A DNA stretch of 64,000 nt from assembly GCF_009914755.1 (NCBI RefSeq), contig NC_060946.1; one strand, 5' to 3'. Shown here one piece after another: positions 62,201 to 64,000 of this stretch. This stretch comes from the human T2T-CHM13v2.0 reference genome, Homo sapiens. The notes below the pieces were generated by a model. The model was not told the origin of the DNA, made no database searches, and worked only from the letters and a program-made list of their open reading frames with translations. The translations under genes were made by a program, and so were the position numbers. The number at the start of each line of letters is the position of its first letter. The stretch's first letter is position 1.

Positions 62201-64000
62201 CACCCTGGACCACCATTTCTATGCTGTGTCTCCACTAGAGGATCCTTTCTTTGGTTCTTCTAAGTCATTAGTCACCAATAATTTATCTCCAAACTGTAGG
62301 TTTCACAGGAGGAGATGCCACTTGAAGCTTCATGGCTTAAAATGGAGATGGAATGTGGAATATGGTGGGAAGCACCGGGAGGAGTTTATTGATAAATTTC
62401 AAGTACTTTGTGGGGCTCTGAAAGGCTGTCTTCAAATTCTTTGTCCTACTACCTCTTTCATTAGTTCAAATGTCATATGGGTATATCTTTTGGGCTAAAT
62501 TAAGGAAAATCTCCATGAAAAGTAAAAAACAAACAAAAGAACCCCAAAAGAATGGAAAGAGATACTATGAAAAATCAACTCAGATTTCTCAGAGTTTTAT
62601 TAACTCAAAGAAGCCTTGGTCCAGTTGGAAGAAGACAGAATTGATTTTGACAATCTCTAGCAAACCCTTTAGCATTCAATGCACTCTAGACCATGAGTAT
62701 AAAGAAGTTCACTTAATAGGTTCACCAAATTAGTTAGTTTGTGTAGTTCAAAATGAAACAGACACACAGGACTGTGAGGTTTTGACAGGGGCGGAAGGCA
62801 AGTCTGGGTCCAGTGAGCTCAGGCAGGCCATGAAGGGGCAGGGCAGGAAAAGGACGGTGCTAGGAGGCTGGGGAACTGGCCACCTCTGTGCTGGCTGAAG
62901 ATGACAAAAATCAACACAGCTTTCTCCAAACGCTGCCCGTGCCTGATGGAATTAAACAGAGCTCTGAGAATGACAGCACCGGGGCCGAGGATGGGTCCTG
63001 AGCTGCCTACAGTCATCAACATCTTGGCCAGTGGCTATGCATTCAGGGGCAATTTGGCTAGCTTTCTTGATCCACACCAGAAAACTCGCTTTTGAAGTGG
63101 TTTGGAAAGCTCTAAAAGGGACGTGTTTCATGCTATTGGTATTGCTGCCAAAAAGAAAAGATTCTGCTTTTCATCAGCTGTTGATTTTTGCTCTCTGTAT
63201 TTCTCTAGCATCTGTTGCTGGTGGCCCTTGTTATGCTAACAAGTAGATAGTGTAGCTGCATAAGCAGAACAGAAAAGACTCTCCTGGATTCTCAGTTCCA
63301 GGCTGGCCTGGGAATAGGCTTAGGGATGTTTCAATGCTTCAATGCAGGTGAGCTGGAGATCTGTGGCAATTCTTTTGACATGAGGCTGGACATTCTTTAT
63401 AGCTTCCCCAGACACAGGAATTGGCAGGGCTTGAAAAAGAATCACTGGCAGGAGGTTCATTTTCTTTATTGCTACCTCCCCAGCCATAAAACTAAAAGCT
63501 TTTTACCTAAATCAGGTTAGCCATCTTGTGGGAGTAGGAGATCATTTCTTTCAGTCTTTCCCGATTGCAGTCTAGTCCTAGGATGGTTTGAACGGTCCGT
63601 TTGAATTTGAAGAGCTTTCTAATTGACGCTTCTCATCCCCTCTCCAACCAGTCTTATTTGGTGTCATCTGCCTTTCCCCTTCCTCCCTACCAAACCTCAG
63701 AGTCTTGAAACAAAAATCTTTGTATTGTAAACTTCATCATGCTAATTTCATCACTTCAAACGAACCTTCCCTTGTTTGAGTTTCCTGCAACTGTGTGACT
63801 TAGGGCTGTCGAACTCTTTCAAATACACAGGAAAATGGAAACCTCTTTTGGTGTCTAGTGATTGTATAATAAAATATTTTCAGATGCTAATCACATGCTT
63901 TGTGCTTTGTTAATGAATGAAAAGCTAAGGATATTCTTATTTGAAAGGTTTAAAAATATAATAACTGTCATTATATCTAATTCTGTCTACATTTCTGGTG

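Overview
Primate (most likely human) repeat-rich genomic DNA from an FRG1-containing segmental duplication. The main feature is an unprocessed FRG1 paralogue on the minus strand (about 5.9-28.0 kb). All nine exons are present, but it is inactivated by a stop at codon 4, a 1-nt deletion in exon 2, a stop at codon 48 and three broken splice sites. Its CpG-island promoter is intact and carries an ETS site and a long G-tract. Downstream of the gene lies an isolated MLLT10 (AF10) exon remnant (1823-2078, +). About 18 kb upstream lies a decayed cyclin Y-like (CCNYL1/CCNYL2/DRICH1-type) first exon with its own promoter (about 45440-46099, +). That exon is not visible as a single ORF, has a duplicated N-terminal motif and sits between two ~0.9-kb direct repeats. 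The rest is Alu, L1, MaLR LTR, MIR and DNA-transposon relics plus a truncated tRNA-Arg retrocopy. I found no intact protein-coding gene, no CRISPR array and no prokaryotic system. Reference gene and repeat sequences were compared from memory, so subfamily calls, repeat boundaries and the identity of the FRG1 paralogue need database confirmation.
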